A stretch of 63,603 bases of DNA, filler included, from Stramenopiles sp. TOSAG23-2 (Eukaryota): the NCBI GenBank assembly GCA_900128395.1. It is 12 parts of 12 records of this genome, joined end to end, with 100 filler letters (N's around TTAATTAATTAA, not from the genome) between each part and the next. Parts side by side here need not be neighbours in the genome. Positions count along the whole stretch, not along the records: positions 48,804 to 54,765 come from LT650549.1; positions 54,866 to 60,826 come from LT650550.1; positions 60,927 to 62,215 come from LT653256.1; 9 more parts are not named here. One strand, given 5' to 3'. Numbering within the stretch: position 1 is the first letter of the stretch; each line of letters begins with the position of its first letter. Both the position numbers and the translations under genes were made by a program. Below the pieces are notes generated by a model that was not told the origin of the DNA, did not search any database, and saw only the letters and a program-made list of their open reading frames with translations. Of the stretch, positions 50,127-60,928 are shown piece by piece.

Positions 50127-53100
50127 TTACTGCTGAGAATACATTGAAAACATTGAAGAGTGGCGGCTTTCCTTACAGCGATGCAAATGCCACATCGTCG
50201 TCAAACAATCCACCTAAGAAAAAGAAAAGAAAAAAACGAAGGAGAGGCAAAAATGTAAAACCTACGAAAGGATTTCGTCGAACTTTATCGTGGAATGACG
50301 ATGTGCAAAAAAATGTTGAAGAAAGTGTTGCAGAAAACGAAAGAATAAAAAAATTACATTTACAAAGGACATTTAAGAGGAATGGACCAAGCGAACCAAA
50401 GCAACACGAAAACGTTGAGACAACAACTAACGCGGATGCAGAAAATGAAAGAATAGAAAAATTACATTTACAAAGGGCATTTGAGAGGAATGGACCAGGA
50501 GAACCACAGTTACAGTCTCATGCTGCCGCACTATGCGCCAAAAACATCCAAATAGGAAGCAGTGTGCAATGTGCCAATGAGATGGAATTCAAAAGAAAGA
50601 ACAGAAATCGTAGTCCTGGGAACGGACATTTAAAATCTAGTTCACGCTGTGTAACCCCAGAAATTCAATTAAATTCAAGTGGAAATCCTTCCAAAGAAGA
50701 ATTAGCGAAAAGATATAAAATTGTAGAGGTGGTTAAAAAGCAAAATCGTGAGTTGGAGAGAAAACGTTGGCGTATAGAGAAAAAAAGAAAATGCGGGCGA
50801 TCTTTAAACTTTGATTTATCGGATAAAAACAAAGGAGCTTTTGATGACGAGCTTCGTAGCCCAATAAAAAAAAGATATGCTTCATTACCAACGTTTGAAG
50901 GTGAGGATACTTTCCAAATCTTAATTAAAATTATGAATGGAAGTAATTACAATACTATAGTTTTAAATGGTTTAAAAACATCCAATACTATAAATGATAT
51001 AAAACGAAAACTGCAAGTTAAAACTGGTATACCGCAAGGAGTTTATAGACAAGAGTATCAAGGCAAGCCTTTAGACGATAATGAAACCTTGTCTACTTAT
51101 GCTATTCGTGCAGAATCTGAAATACATTGCCATGCTGGAAATAAATGTGGTGGGTGTAGAAAAGAAAATGAAAGTGTTGATCAAAGTAACAACAACAACA
51201 ACAACAACAACAACAATATTTATATCAATAACAGTGATACTGATCATGCTCATCCTACTAATTCTATCAATAACCATACAAGAAGTGAACTTGATCATGT
51301 ATATGATAATAATCAACTAGAAAGCAAAAGAAAAAGAGAAGAAGAAAAAATACATGGACATTATAGTAGAAATCTTAAACGCACAGCTACAAACCCAGGA
51401 CGTTTCGACAGTAAATTAAATGATGCCGAACACGGAACATATGTTGAAAATGCAAGATGTTCAAAACAGTTAATAAGATTGGCTTTGTCTGATACTAATG
51501 CTTCAGGCAGCTCAAAACACCAATGTGTTGATACTGATGTGCATGATGAAAATATTAGTCGTCAGGAAGATGAAAATATACGCATAATTGTAAATCCTTC
51601 TTCAATTCCTATAGAAAAAGTTACCAGTGAATCAGACACTGAATTTTTACAGGATTTGTGCTTCGGAGATGAGGAAGACGGTGAAAATGATCTATTCGAA
51701 CATGATTTTAATCGCCCTCGTGGTGATTCATTTACTGTTGTAACTGATGTTGTAAAGGAGTTTGATTTGCCTTCTCATGCAGAATCATTCAATAAAAACA
51801 CAAATGGTACGGATTGTAATTCTAATTTTAGTCAAATATGTACCAATTCTATCAAACCACGAGTTGCGTGTAAAAATGCAGAAAAAGGTTGTACAAAGAC
51901 GTTTAGTAGTACTAGTAATATGCGTAATCATATAAAAAATGGGTATTGTAAATTTGATGATAAGAACAAGAAACAGCACAAATGTAAGAAATGTGGAAAC
52001 TCATACCATAGAAAAAACGACTTAGAAGATCATGTGAGAAATAAACATGAAGGAATATGTAGGTATTACAAATGTCGAATGAATTCCAATTGCCAAAAAG
52101 GATACGCAAATCTACAAGGCAGAAATAGGCATGAGCGCACTTGTCGTGAAAATAGGAATAACAAGAATACATTTCAAATTTTTATGAAGCTGGTAAATGG
52201 CCAGACCATTACGTTAGATAACATTGCAACTCCTGATACCATTTTTAACTTGAAGCGTAAAATTCAAGACAAAGAAGGTATCCCACCAAGTGCGCAACGA
52301 TTAATTTTTAATGGCAAAGACGTAGAGGATAGATCCACAGTTGTAGAATGTAATATAAAGAAAGAATCTACGATACAACTTGTATTACGTTTATATGGTG
52401 GGATGAATAATAATAGTAGTAGTAATAGTAAAAGTAGTAGTAATAGTAAAAGTAGTAATAATAATTATAATAATATGGATATTGATAGAAAACAAAGTGG
52501 CCGTGGTAACAATGTTTTCGTGGCCGGCAGCAACAAGCGTCATAAGACAAGAAAGAGCGAGGCGGGCGAGGACACCCTGGCGGTGAATAGAGCCATCGCC
52601 ACCATAAGGAACCATATCGGTCCGCTCACTAGCGATACCTCCCGAGAGAAGTACCACCGCTTGTTGGAACGCGTAGCGACTATGATGACCTTTGAAGCGG
52701 CCGACTTAAACGCGGAGGAGAAGAAAGATCGTGATTTTTCGCGGTTGGAAGGCGTGGACGAGCTGGTTGTTCAATATATCGTACCGTTTCTTGAAAACGA
52801 CTCCAAAGCGTTGGTCAACTTTATTGCCTTGTCTACGAAGCGATTTCTCGGCGTGGCCAATGTTGAGGTGCGGAAAACATTTTATCGACGGATCCTGCCG
52901 CGTAAATACGGTGATACCAGCGAGACCCTAATTATCAATGGTTGCCGATTGGGCACCTTGACCTTGCACGATACCAACATATGGGTGCATGAATTGAGGC
53001 AGGATGCCAACGCACAGAACGAAAAAGGACAAATGCTATTGTGGTCAGCGGCAGAAAACGGCCGTACAGAGATTGTATCGATGTTGTTAAAGATAGAAGG

Positions 53101-54765
53101 TATCGACGTGAATCAAGCGGGTAAAAATGAAGGTTATGGATCTTATAAAACACCATTATACAAAGCAGCATCCAAAGGCCATAACGAGATTGTATCGATG
53201 TTGTTGAAGGTAAAAGGTATCGATGTGAATCAAGTACATACAGAATATGATGAGACCCCATTATATGTAGCAGCAGAGAAAGGCCATAACGAGATTGTAT
53301 CGAAGTTGTTGAAGATAGAAGGTATCGATGTGAATCAAGCAGTTAAAAATGGACAAACGCCTTTATGGATAGCAGCAGAGAAAGGCCGTACAGAGATTGT
53401 ATCGATGTTGTTGAAGATAGAAGGTATCGACGTGAATCAATCGACAAATAGAAAAAGTACACCTTTATATACAGCTACATCCAAAGGCCATAACGAGATT
53501 GTATCGATATTGTTGAAGGTAGAGGGTATCGATGTGAATCAAGTACATAAAGAATATGATGAGACACCATTATATGTAGCAGCACAGAAAGGCCATAACG
53601 ATATTGTATCGATGTTGTTGAAGGTAAAAGGTATCGACGTGAATCGACCAAGGGAAGATGGCTGGACACCATTAGAGGCAGCAGCAGAGAAAGGCCATAC
53701 AGAGATTGTATCGACGCTTTTGAAGGTAAAAGGTATCGACGTCAATCAAGCAGATGAAGGTGGAGAAACACCATTATATGTAGTAGCAGAGAAAGGCCAT
53801 GACGAGATAGTATCGATGCTGTTGAATGTCAAGGGTATCGACGTGAATCAAACATGTGAAGATGGACAAACGCCTTTATGGATAGCAGCAGATAAAGGCC
53901 ATACAGAGATTGTATCGATGCTTTTGAAGGTAAAAGGTATCGATGTGAATCAAGCGGGTAAAAATGGATGTACACCTTTATGGCGTGCGGCATCTGGAGG
54001 CTCTAAAGAAATTTTGAAGATGCTGATACAAGCAAAAGGTATCGATGTGAATCAACAAGCTAATGTATACGGGGAAACTCCTTTAAATAAAGTAGTATAT
54101 CAAGGTAATAAGGAAATTGTATCGATGTTGTTACAAGCAAAAGGCATTGATGTGAATCGACCAAAGAAATATGGCGGGACACCATTATATGTAGCAGCAG
54201 AGAAAGGCCATAACGAGATTGTATCGATGTTGTTGAAGATAGAAGGTATCGATGTGAATCAAGCAGATAAAAATGGACAAACACCATTATATACAGCTAC
54301 ACAAAAAGGCCATAACGATATTGTATCGATGCTGTTGAAGGTAAAAGGTATCGATGTGAATCAAGCATATAAAAATGGAGAAACACCATTATATATAGCT
54401 ACACAAAAAGGCCATAAAGAAATTGTATCGATGTTGGTACAAGTCAAAGGTATCGATGTGAATCAAGCATATAAAGATGGACAAACACCATTATATATAG
54501 CAGCATGGGAAGGCCATAACGAGATTGTATCGATGTTGTTGAAGGTAGAGGGTATCGATGTGAATCAAGTACATAAAGAATATGATGAGACACCATTATA
54601 TGTAGCAGCACGGAAAAGACATAAAGATATTGTATCGATGTTGGTAAAGGTAAAAGGTATCGATGTGAATCGACCAAGGGAAGATGGCTGGACACCATTA
54701 GAGGCAGCAGCAGAGAAAGGCCATACAGAGATTGTATCGACGCTTTTGAAGGTAAAAGGTATCGA
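50127..54765 (+). CDS. Multidomain protein: UBL, C2H2-like zinc fingers, UBL, F-box-like segment, 17 or more ankyrin repeats; 3' truncated
   Basis: UBL1 50912-51154 ending [30 protein letters not shown]2 52172-52402 [19 protein letters not shown]...[20 protein letters not shown]; [28 protein letters not shown] repeats. Confidence 0.85.
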
Positions 54766-54865
54766 NNNNNNNNNNNNNNNNNNNNNNNNNNNNNNNNNNN
54801 NNNNNNNNNTTAATTAATTAANNNNNNNNNNNNNNNNNNNNNNNNNNNNNNNNNNNNNNNNNNNN

Positions 54866-55560
54866 CATTTCAAGAATTCACGCTCTTCCTCCGTTAAATC
54901 ACCTTTGGGTTTCACACGTAGGGCAGCTCTTTGATTTCGTTGCCGGACTTGAGTAATTTTTTCTTGCCTTTTAGCCATTTCAGCTGCTTCTTTTTCCTCT
55001 TGAGCAAGTTTCTCTAATAATGCCCGTGCATTGTCCATCTTATCCATATAATCATTGAACCATTCTAATGCATCATTTGCACCATAAACACATTGTACAA
55101 AATGCTCATCTAAAAATATTTTTCTTTCTGGTATTATCATATTTTTTAATTCTATTTCATCTTCATTATCATTATTAATTAAAATCTCGCCCTCACCGTC
55201 TCTTCGATTATTCTTTTCATTATTTTTGTTATTATTATTATTATTAAATTTCTTTTGTTTAATTTTTAATTTCAATGCATCTTTTTTTTCTTCGGCTGCT
55301 TTGATTTCTTCTTTTTCCTTTGTAATGTTTTCTTCTGTTAATTCTATAAATTTTATTAAACGCCCAATTATTTTTGAAACACCATTTCGTCTTAATTGAT
55401 CTTTTAATAAGTTTTCATCTTGTAAATTAAATACTGTTTGAGGTGCTTCATCGTCTAAAAATTCGTCATAGCTTAAATTGACAACGTTTTCACATGTCGA
55501 AAATTTTTGATTTGGAAAGTAATATGGTGCAATTTTATTATAAATAATAAATGAATAATT
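54866..55560 (-). CDS. Fragment of a charged coiled-coil hypothetical protein; start not located, 3' truncated
   Basis: Frame of ORF 54814-55275 stays open upstream past 55560 without an ATG; E/K-rich coding-like composition. Confidence 0.4.
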
Positions 55561-55637
55561 ATTGTAATGATATTCCCATATTGATGAAATTTGTAGATGG
55601 TGTGGTCTAACTATGTGTGGATATAAATTTCCATATT

Positions 55638-55666
55638 AGAAGTTACGGCTTTAAGCCGTAACTTCT
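55638..55666. other. Perfect 14-bp inverted repeat AGAAGTTACGGCTT-T-AAGCCGTAACTTCT
   Basis: Read directly from the sequence. Confidence 0.9.
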
Positions 55667-55961
55667 TAGTAGAGGGATATACAATGGTATTAGATGTTAA
55701 TGTTTATATTGCATGCAATTCAAAGTATAATCCCTTAACAAAATATACTCCTTAAAAATAATAATTGAAAAAAAAAAGAAAAACGTTATAAAACGTTGCA
55801 TAAAGCACCAAACCCCTTTTCTTTGAAAAAGCGTGAAAAAAACACACACATTTTGGTAATTCAAAAATAAAAACATATTGTCTCGATCAGAAATTAGACA
55901 TTTAGTCCTCTACATTTTTTATATTAGTATAAGTATTATTTAGAGAAACGTGAAAAAAGTA

Positions 55962-57977
55962 TTATATATAAAGTGCTAACATACGATTGAAATAATTTTG
56001 TCCCATTGTTTTCCAAATTCTGTGCCTTTCCGCTTTGTCCGCATCTTCCTTTTCTTTCTTTTTCTTTGCAATTGCATCTTCCTTTTCTTTTCGTTGTTTC
56101 TCCATTTCTTCTTTTGCCCTACGTTCAAAATATTCACAATCCTTACGTTCTTTCTCTGCCATTCGTTTTCTTAATGTTTCAATCTCATATTTATTCATGG
56201 TAATTACTTGTATACTTACGGCAGTTGGGCTATAATTCCCACCTTTATCCAAACGTTGAAATCCTTCAGCTTGCAATTTAATACTAGATTGAACCAATAG
56301 CCATAATCCTAATAACGTTTTAAATGCAATCATACATGAAAATAACAATGATAAAATAATACACGTTTGCCACGTATTAAATTTCCATGATCGATCACTT
56401 AAATGTAAAAATAAAATTCGTAATGTTACACATGCCAATGGAATATTAGGTAATCCTAATCGTCGTGATAGTAAATGAGTATGATCTAATACTTTTCGTT
56501 GTGATCTTGTACGGCTCGATGTTAAATCATGGCGTAAAACGGCATTGAATTGACCATATACAGACAATGGGATCCGATTAAACTTTGTAATAAATGCATG
56601 TTTCAACCAATCTACAACGACTTCGGAAATGAGTATTGTTAATGCACTATAAACCCAATTTTCAAACCCACCATCCCTTCGCAAGCCTTCTGTTCCGATT
56701 AACACAAGAAACAATAAAATATGAAATCGTTCGACTATATCTGAACATGCAATTTGAAATACATTTTCAGGCTGAAATCGTTTAAATACACTTGATTTCA
56801 ATTCTATGAAATTGTTACTAATTAGTAACGTCAATAATGCATTGTCTTTTGTATTAATAGCAACATTTAAAGACACCATACGACTAAATGTAAGTGCACT
56901 ATGTGTAATTGCATAAACTGAAGCTCCAATTGATAAAAAAAATATAGACCAAATTCGATCTTTTGGTCTATTTTGTGTTGCCCAATGCAATGAATCAAAA
57001 ATGTCTTGACCTAAGGCTGTCAGTAATTTATCAAAAATATCTAATAAATTAAATATCACATAAAGCCTCATGAAACTAAGCATCTTAATGTAATGGTATG
57101 CCCGTGACATATCCATAAAACCAATTGCATATGCAGCTAAAATCAAAATTAATAATCTTATAATCAAATATACATGTACACGTGAAAATTTTTCACTGAG
57201 GCTTAAACAAAATGAGCTTGGAATCAACATGGATAATGCTTTAAAAAGCAATAGAAAAATAGCCCATATTGCTCTTAATGGAAAATACGTAAAGACAAAT
57301 AAAAAACTATCCGTAGCAAGTATTAATCCATACATCATCAAACTTTCAACATGATAAGGTACTTGAAGCATCGAAACGACTAGTTGTTGTTCTTGCCAAC
57401 CTAATGCACCATCTGTATCATGTGTTAATTCATTATTCATCGTACCGGTCATTTCTAAACGCAAATAATCGGAAAATGAAACATGTCTATAATTGCGCGC
57501 TTGTTGTCGTGTCATTTCTGAGGACAACGATGGTGACGATAACATTTTTGATTTTTTCGGTGTTGTTATTACTTTTAATTTATTGTATGGGCTATTATCG
57601 TTATTACTACTACCACTATTATTATTATTACTGTCAATATTATTATCTTTCTTAAAATTATCACTATTAGTAATAATAATATTATCATTTGATAATATTC
57701 GTTTTCGTAAAGAACTTCGTTGCCGTTGTTCTTGATCCATATAATTTTTATCTATTTTTGTCGATGGTGTTACAACAATTGAATTATCGAAATGATCTTG
57801 TTGCTGCTTTCGTTGTGTATTTGTAATTTCATTAAGTTTTTCCTCTAACATTTGTAACTTATTAGTCAAGTCTATGAAATTTGCTTCATTAAATATTGTA
57901 TTCATCTTTTTTCCCTCCTTCTTCTTCTTCTTCTTCTGTTGTTCCATCGTTTCATTTATATTCTGCTGCTTTTCCAT
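55962..57977 (-). CDS. TAPT1: TAPT1/Emp65 (DUF747) ER membrane protein
   Basis: DSFLFVFTYFPLR, YHYIK...RLYVIFNLLDIFDKL, SNNFIELKSSVFKRF, DIVERF, VDWLKHAFITKFN. Confidence 0.92.
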   Translation of the reverse strand: MEKQQNINETMEQQKKKKKKEGKKMNTIFNEANFIDLTNKLQMLEEKLNEITNTQRKQQQDHFDNSIVVTPSTKIDKNYMDQEQRQRSSLRKRILSNDNIIITNSDNFKKDNNIDSNNNNSGSSNNDNSPYNKLKVITTPKKSKMLSSPSLSSEMTRQQARNYRHVSFSDYLRLEMTGTMNNELTHDTDGALGWQEQQLVVSMLQVPYHVESLMMYGLILATDSFLFVFTYFPLRAIWAIFLLLFKALSMLIPSSFCLSLSEKFSRVHVYLIIRLLILILAAYAIGFMDMSRAYHYIKMLSFMRLYVIFNLLDIFDKLLTALGQDIFDSLHWATQNRPKDRIWSIFFLSIGASVYAITHSALTFSRMVSLNVAINTKDNALLTLLISNNFIELKSSVFKRFQPENVFQIACSDIVERFHILLFLVLIGTEGLRRDGGFENWVYSALTILISEVVVDWLKHAFITKFNRIPLSVYGQFNAVLRHDLTSSRTRSQRKVLDHTHLLSRRLGLPNIPLACVTLRILFLHLSDRSWKFNTWQTCIILSLLFSCMIAFKTLLGLWLLVQSSIKLQAEGFQRLDKGGNYSPTAVSIQVITMNKYEIETLRKRMAEKERKDCEYFERRAKEEMEKQRKEKEDAIAKKKKEKEDADKAERHRIWKTMGQNYFNRMLALYI

Positions 57978-58036
57978 TTCGCTCTCCGTTGTGATACTCT
58001 TTTCCTTTTCCCTCTTTTTTCTGTTATAATGTATAA

Positions 58037-58069
<33 letters not shown>

Positions 58070-58419
58070 TGTGTGTACAACTTGCTGGTTGGTATAATAA
58101 TCATTTAAATATTTATCAATATATATATCACAGGCAATCCTAATAATCCGGCCATATACTAGTCGTCTATAGAGCTGCTACCACCTTTGCACCGCCTAAC
58201 AGGTACAGTACGTAGCTATATGTTAGACTACTGTACCACCTGTACGATAGATGTTAATACGTGTCCTTTCAGCTATTTGGTAAAGTGCACAAGTGGTTGT
58301 TGTGTGACACATACAGTATTACAATATAAGTATAAAAAGTATCATAAAAAATAGAAAAAAATATAGATGAAGATAAATGCACAAATCGCTTCTTCTTTTA
58401 ATACACTTTAAACACTCTT

Positions 58420-59460
58420 TTAAAATAAATCATAGCAATCAACTACATGAAATTCAATTTCATGATGATTTTTACTTTTACATTTATTTTTACTCTTGTT
58501 GTCGTTCTTCTTATTGTTATTGTTACTATTGTTATTATTACCATTTGAACTATCATTTGCCTTTGCTATGCCATTATCCGACACCGTACTATTAAATTTC
58601 AAATCCACGGATTCATGTAATGGACCAATTCCAATAGATACAACATGTTCCTCATCTGGGTGATGTATTTGAAATTTCCATTGGCGTAATTCAACTCCAT
58701 CTTTTATCAAATATGCTTCTTTACATAATAGTATATTATCATTATCATTGACAAATCGAAATTCAATGGTTTTTAGATCAATTCCTAAACCGACACCAAT
58801 TGCTTTGATATATGCTTCTTTTAAAGACCAAAAATGATAAAATGTTTTCAATTGTATTAACTCATCGTTATTATTATCAGCATCGGTGGTAATCGAACTT
58901 TTATAAATGATAGACCATTCTGCATCAGAAAATTGCCTTCGCATTAGCTTAAAAAATTCTTCTAAAGTATCACATCCTTTTGGATAATCATATGACATTA
59001 TATCTATACCAACTAGATATTTCAAACTTGACACTCCACCAACCCACATTCCATGATGTGATACATTAAAATTAAAATTTATTATTTTATTATTATTGTT
59101 TTCATTGCTGTTATTGTAATCCATTAATAAGATTTTCATGTCAACGTATGGCTTATTATTTTTACTTCGTTTTAAATACTTATCATAATCATTACATTCA
59201 ATGCTATATTCTTGTACCATTTTCCGAATTAAATACCTTCCAACCAATGATCGATATGCATCAATTTTAAATCTAAATCTATTTATTCGTTCCATTTCTA
59301 TTTCATTCAATTTATTAACTATTTGATTAAATTCATCTTCTTTTGGTTTGAACTCTTTCACGTTCGCTAAATAACATTTCATTATATCATTATTTTTTCC
59401 ACTAGAATTACCATTTGTCATAGATCTTGCATCATCTACATTGGCAACTATGGAAGCCAT
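58420..59460 (-). CDS. Sfp-type 4'-phosphopantetheinyl transferase (AASDHPPT/Lys5-like)
   Basis: RFRFKIDAYRSLVGR, NKPY, FNFNVSHHG, VGIDIM, FYHFWSLKEAYIKAIGVGL. Confidence 0.92.
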   Translation of the reverse strand: MASIVANVDDARSMTNGNSSGKNNDIMKCYLANVKEFKPKEDEFNQIVNKLNEIEMERINRFRFKIDAYRSLVGRYLIRKMVQEYSIECNDYDKYLKRSKNNKPYVDMKILLMDYNNSNENNNNKIINFNFNVSHHGMWVGGVSSLKYLVGIDIMSYDYPKGCDTLEEFFKLMRRQFSDAEWSIIYKSSITTDADNNNDELIQLKTFYHFWSLKEAYIKAIGVGLGIDLKTIEFRFVNDNDNILLCKEAYLIKDGVELRQWKFQIHHPDEEHVVSIGIGPLHESVDLKFNSTVSDNGIAKANDSSNGNNNNSNNNNKKNDNKSKNKCKSKNHHEIEFHVVDCYDLF

Positions 59461-59670
59461 TGTTGATTTATGGATATATATATGAAGTAGTCCACCCTGT
59501 ACGAGTTGCGCATGTAAATATTTATATATAATGTATTTTTATTTAAGATAAATAAATACAATTAATAATAAAAAAAAAATCATATTATCACATACCAGGC
59601 ATATTTTATATCACACGCATATATATACTGTATAATATTATATATACGTACTCTTCACGTAAAAAAAAAG

Positions 59671-60699
59671 TTAACGACCATAGCCAGCTTCTATTATATT
59701 TGCTTGAACAGCATCATCACTTGCATCGGAAGAATATCCCTGTGTCATACAGCCTTCATAAAATGTACCAACTGCACCATCACTGTTATCACCTCCAATT
59801 CCTAAAATGATTGCACCTTGTTTGTGCATTGGTGCATATTTTGGTGCTCTTTTTCCATCCCAATATACATCCAATTTACCTTGATTTGCATCTCCGCCTT
59901 TAATTGCCCAGTGGCCCCCAGGTGCATTTGTGCTGACATCACCTTTTATCATGGCACTTACAAAATCATGATTGATCGGACGTTCATTTGATTTTACAAC
60001 ATCAGCTCCCCATAACGCATTTTCCATATCCGCCATGATCCATGGACCTTTTCCTGCACCTCCATGGTTTAGACCACCATTTGCATTTCCAAAATATAAT
60101 GCTTCCATTGTTGTCTTACCGTCATCCAAATTATTTGTTTCTGCATTACCATAATCAAAGCAGCAACGGTCATTATAATGGCTGCCATTAAATACAGCAT
60201 AAATCGTCTCTGCTTCATCCCCCACTGCTATTCCAGTCGTTGTATCATTTCTATACCCTGATGGTGGATCCATACGCAATCCATATACTTTATGACCACC
60301 AACAGTTAAAGGATCTGCAGTTGCAACAGCTGGGATATCTTTCTCCCAATGTGCTCCGCCAGGAGGCCCAATTCCCAAATGATTCTGATTTGGACTTTGA
60401 TCATATATTCGGTCGAATACACAAATTTCCCCTTGACAAAATACGTCTTGCGCAGCAGAGTCTGCAAAACCACCTACTGTTTTCACACCAATGTCCAAAG
60501 ATTTTTGATCACTTTGCCGACGCACACTATATAAGGAACCATTAAATGATTGATACAACGCTCTGACAGTAGAATGGGCAGCAACACACGGCGTACTACC
60601 AGCTTTAAAAATATCACAAGGTGCCTCTGCACCTACGCTTACAATATTTGCTATTACATACGTAAAGAAGGTTATTCCAACGATCATCATGCGGGTCAT
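59671..60699 (-). CDS. abfB: Secreted GH54 alpha-L-arabinofuranosidase B, catalytic domain only
   Basis: Signal peptide; PCDIF...TPCVAAHSTVRALY, IYDQS, CCFDYGNAE, MEALYFG, GPWIMADMEN, GAIILGIGGDNS, GTFYEG, AVQANI; stop follows directly, no CBM42. Confidence 0.92.
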   Translation of the reverse strand: MTRMMIVGITFFTYVIANIVSVGAEAPCDIFKAGSTPCVAAHSTVRALYQSFNGSLYSVRRQSDQKSLDIGVKTVGGFADSAAQDVFCQGEICVFDRIYDQSPNQNHLGIGPPGGAHWEKDIPAVATADPLTVGGHKVYGLRMDPPSGYRNDTTTGIAVGDEAETIYAVFNGSHYNDRCCFDYGNAETNNLDDGKTTMEALYFGNANGGLNHGGAGKGPWIMADMENALWGADVVKSNERPINHDFVSAMIKGDVSTNAPGGHWAIKGGDANQGKLDVYWDGKRAPKYAPMHKQGAIILGIGGDNSDGAVGTFYEGCMTQGYSSDASDDAVQANIIEAGYGR

Positions 60700-60928
60700 T
60701 TTATTATAATTATTATAATTATTATTGCTGTAATTTTAAAATGTGTTGACAGTATATATATTACTATCCATGGATATATTACCAATAAAATATTAATACC
60801 GGGTATACTATATAGCTGGCTAGATANNNNNNNNNNNNNNNNNNNNNNNNNNNNNNNNNNNNNNNNNNNNTTAATTAATTAANNNNNNNNNNNNNNNNNN
60901 NNNNNNNNNNNNNNNNNNNNNNNNNNAT

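Noticed and set aside
55962..60699. PPTase + GH54 + TAPT1 as a biosynthetic cluster
   Set aside because: No PKS/NRPS or functional link; ordinary gene-dense neighbourhood
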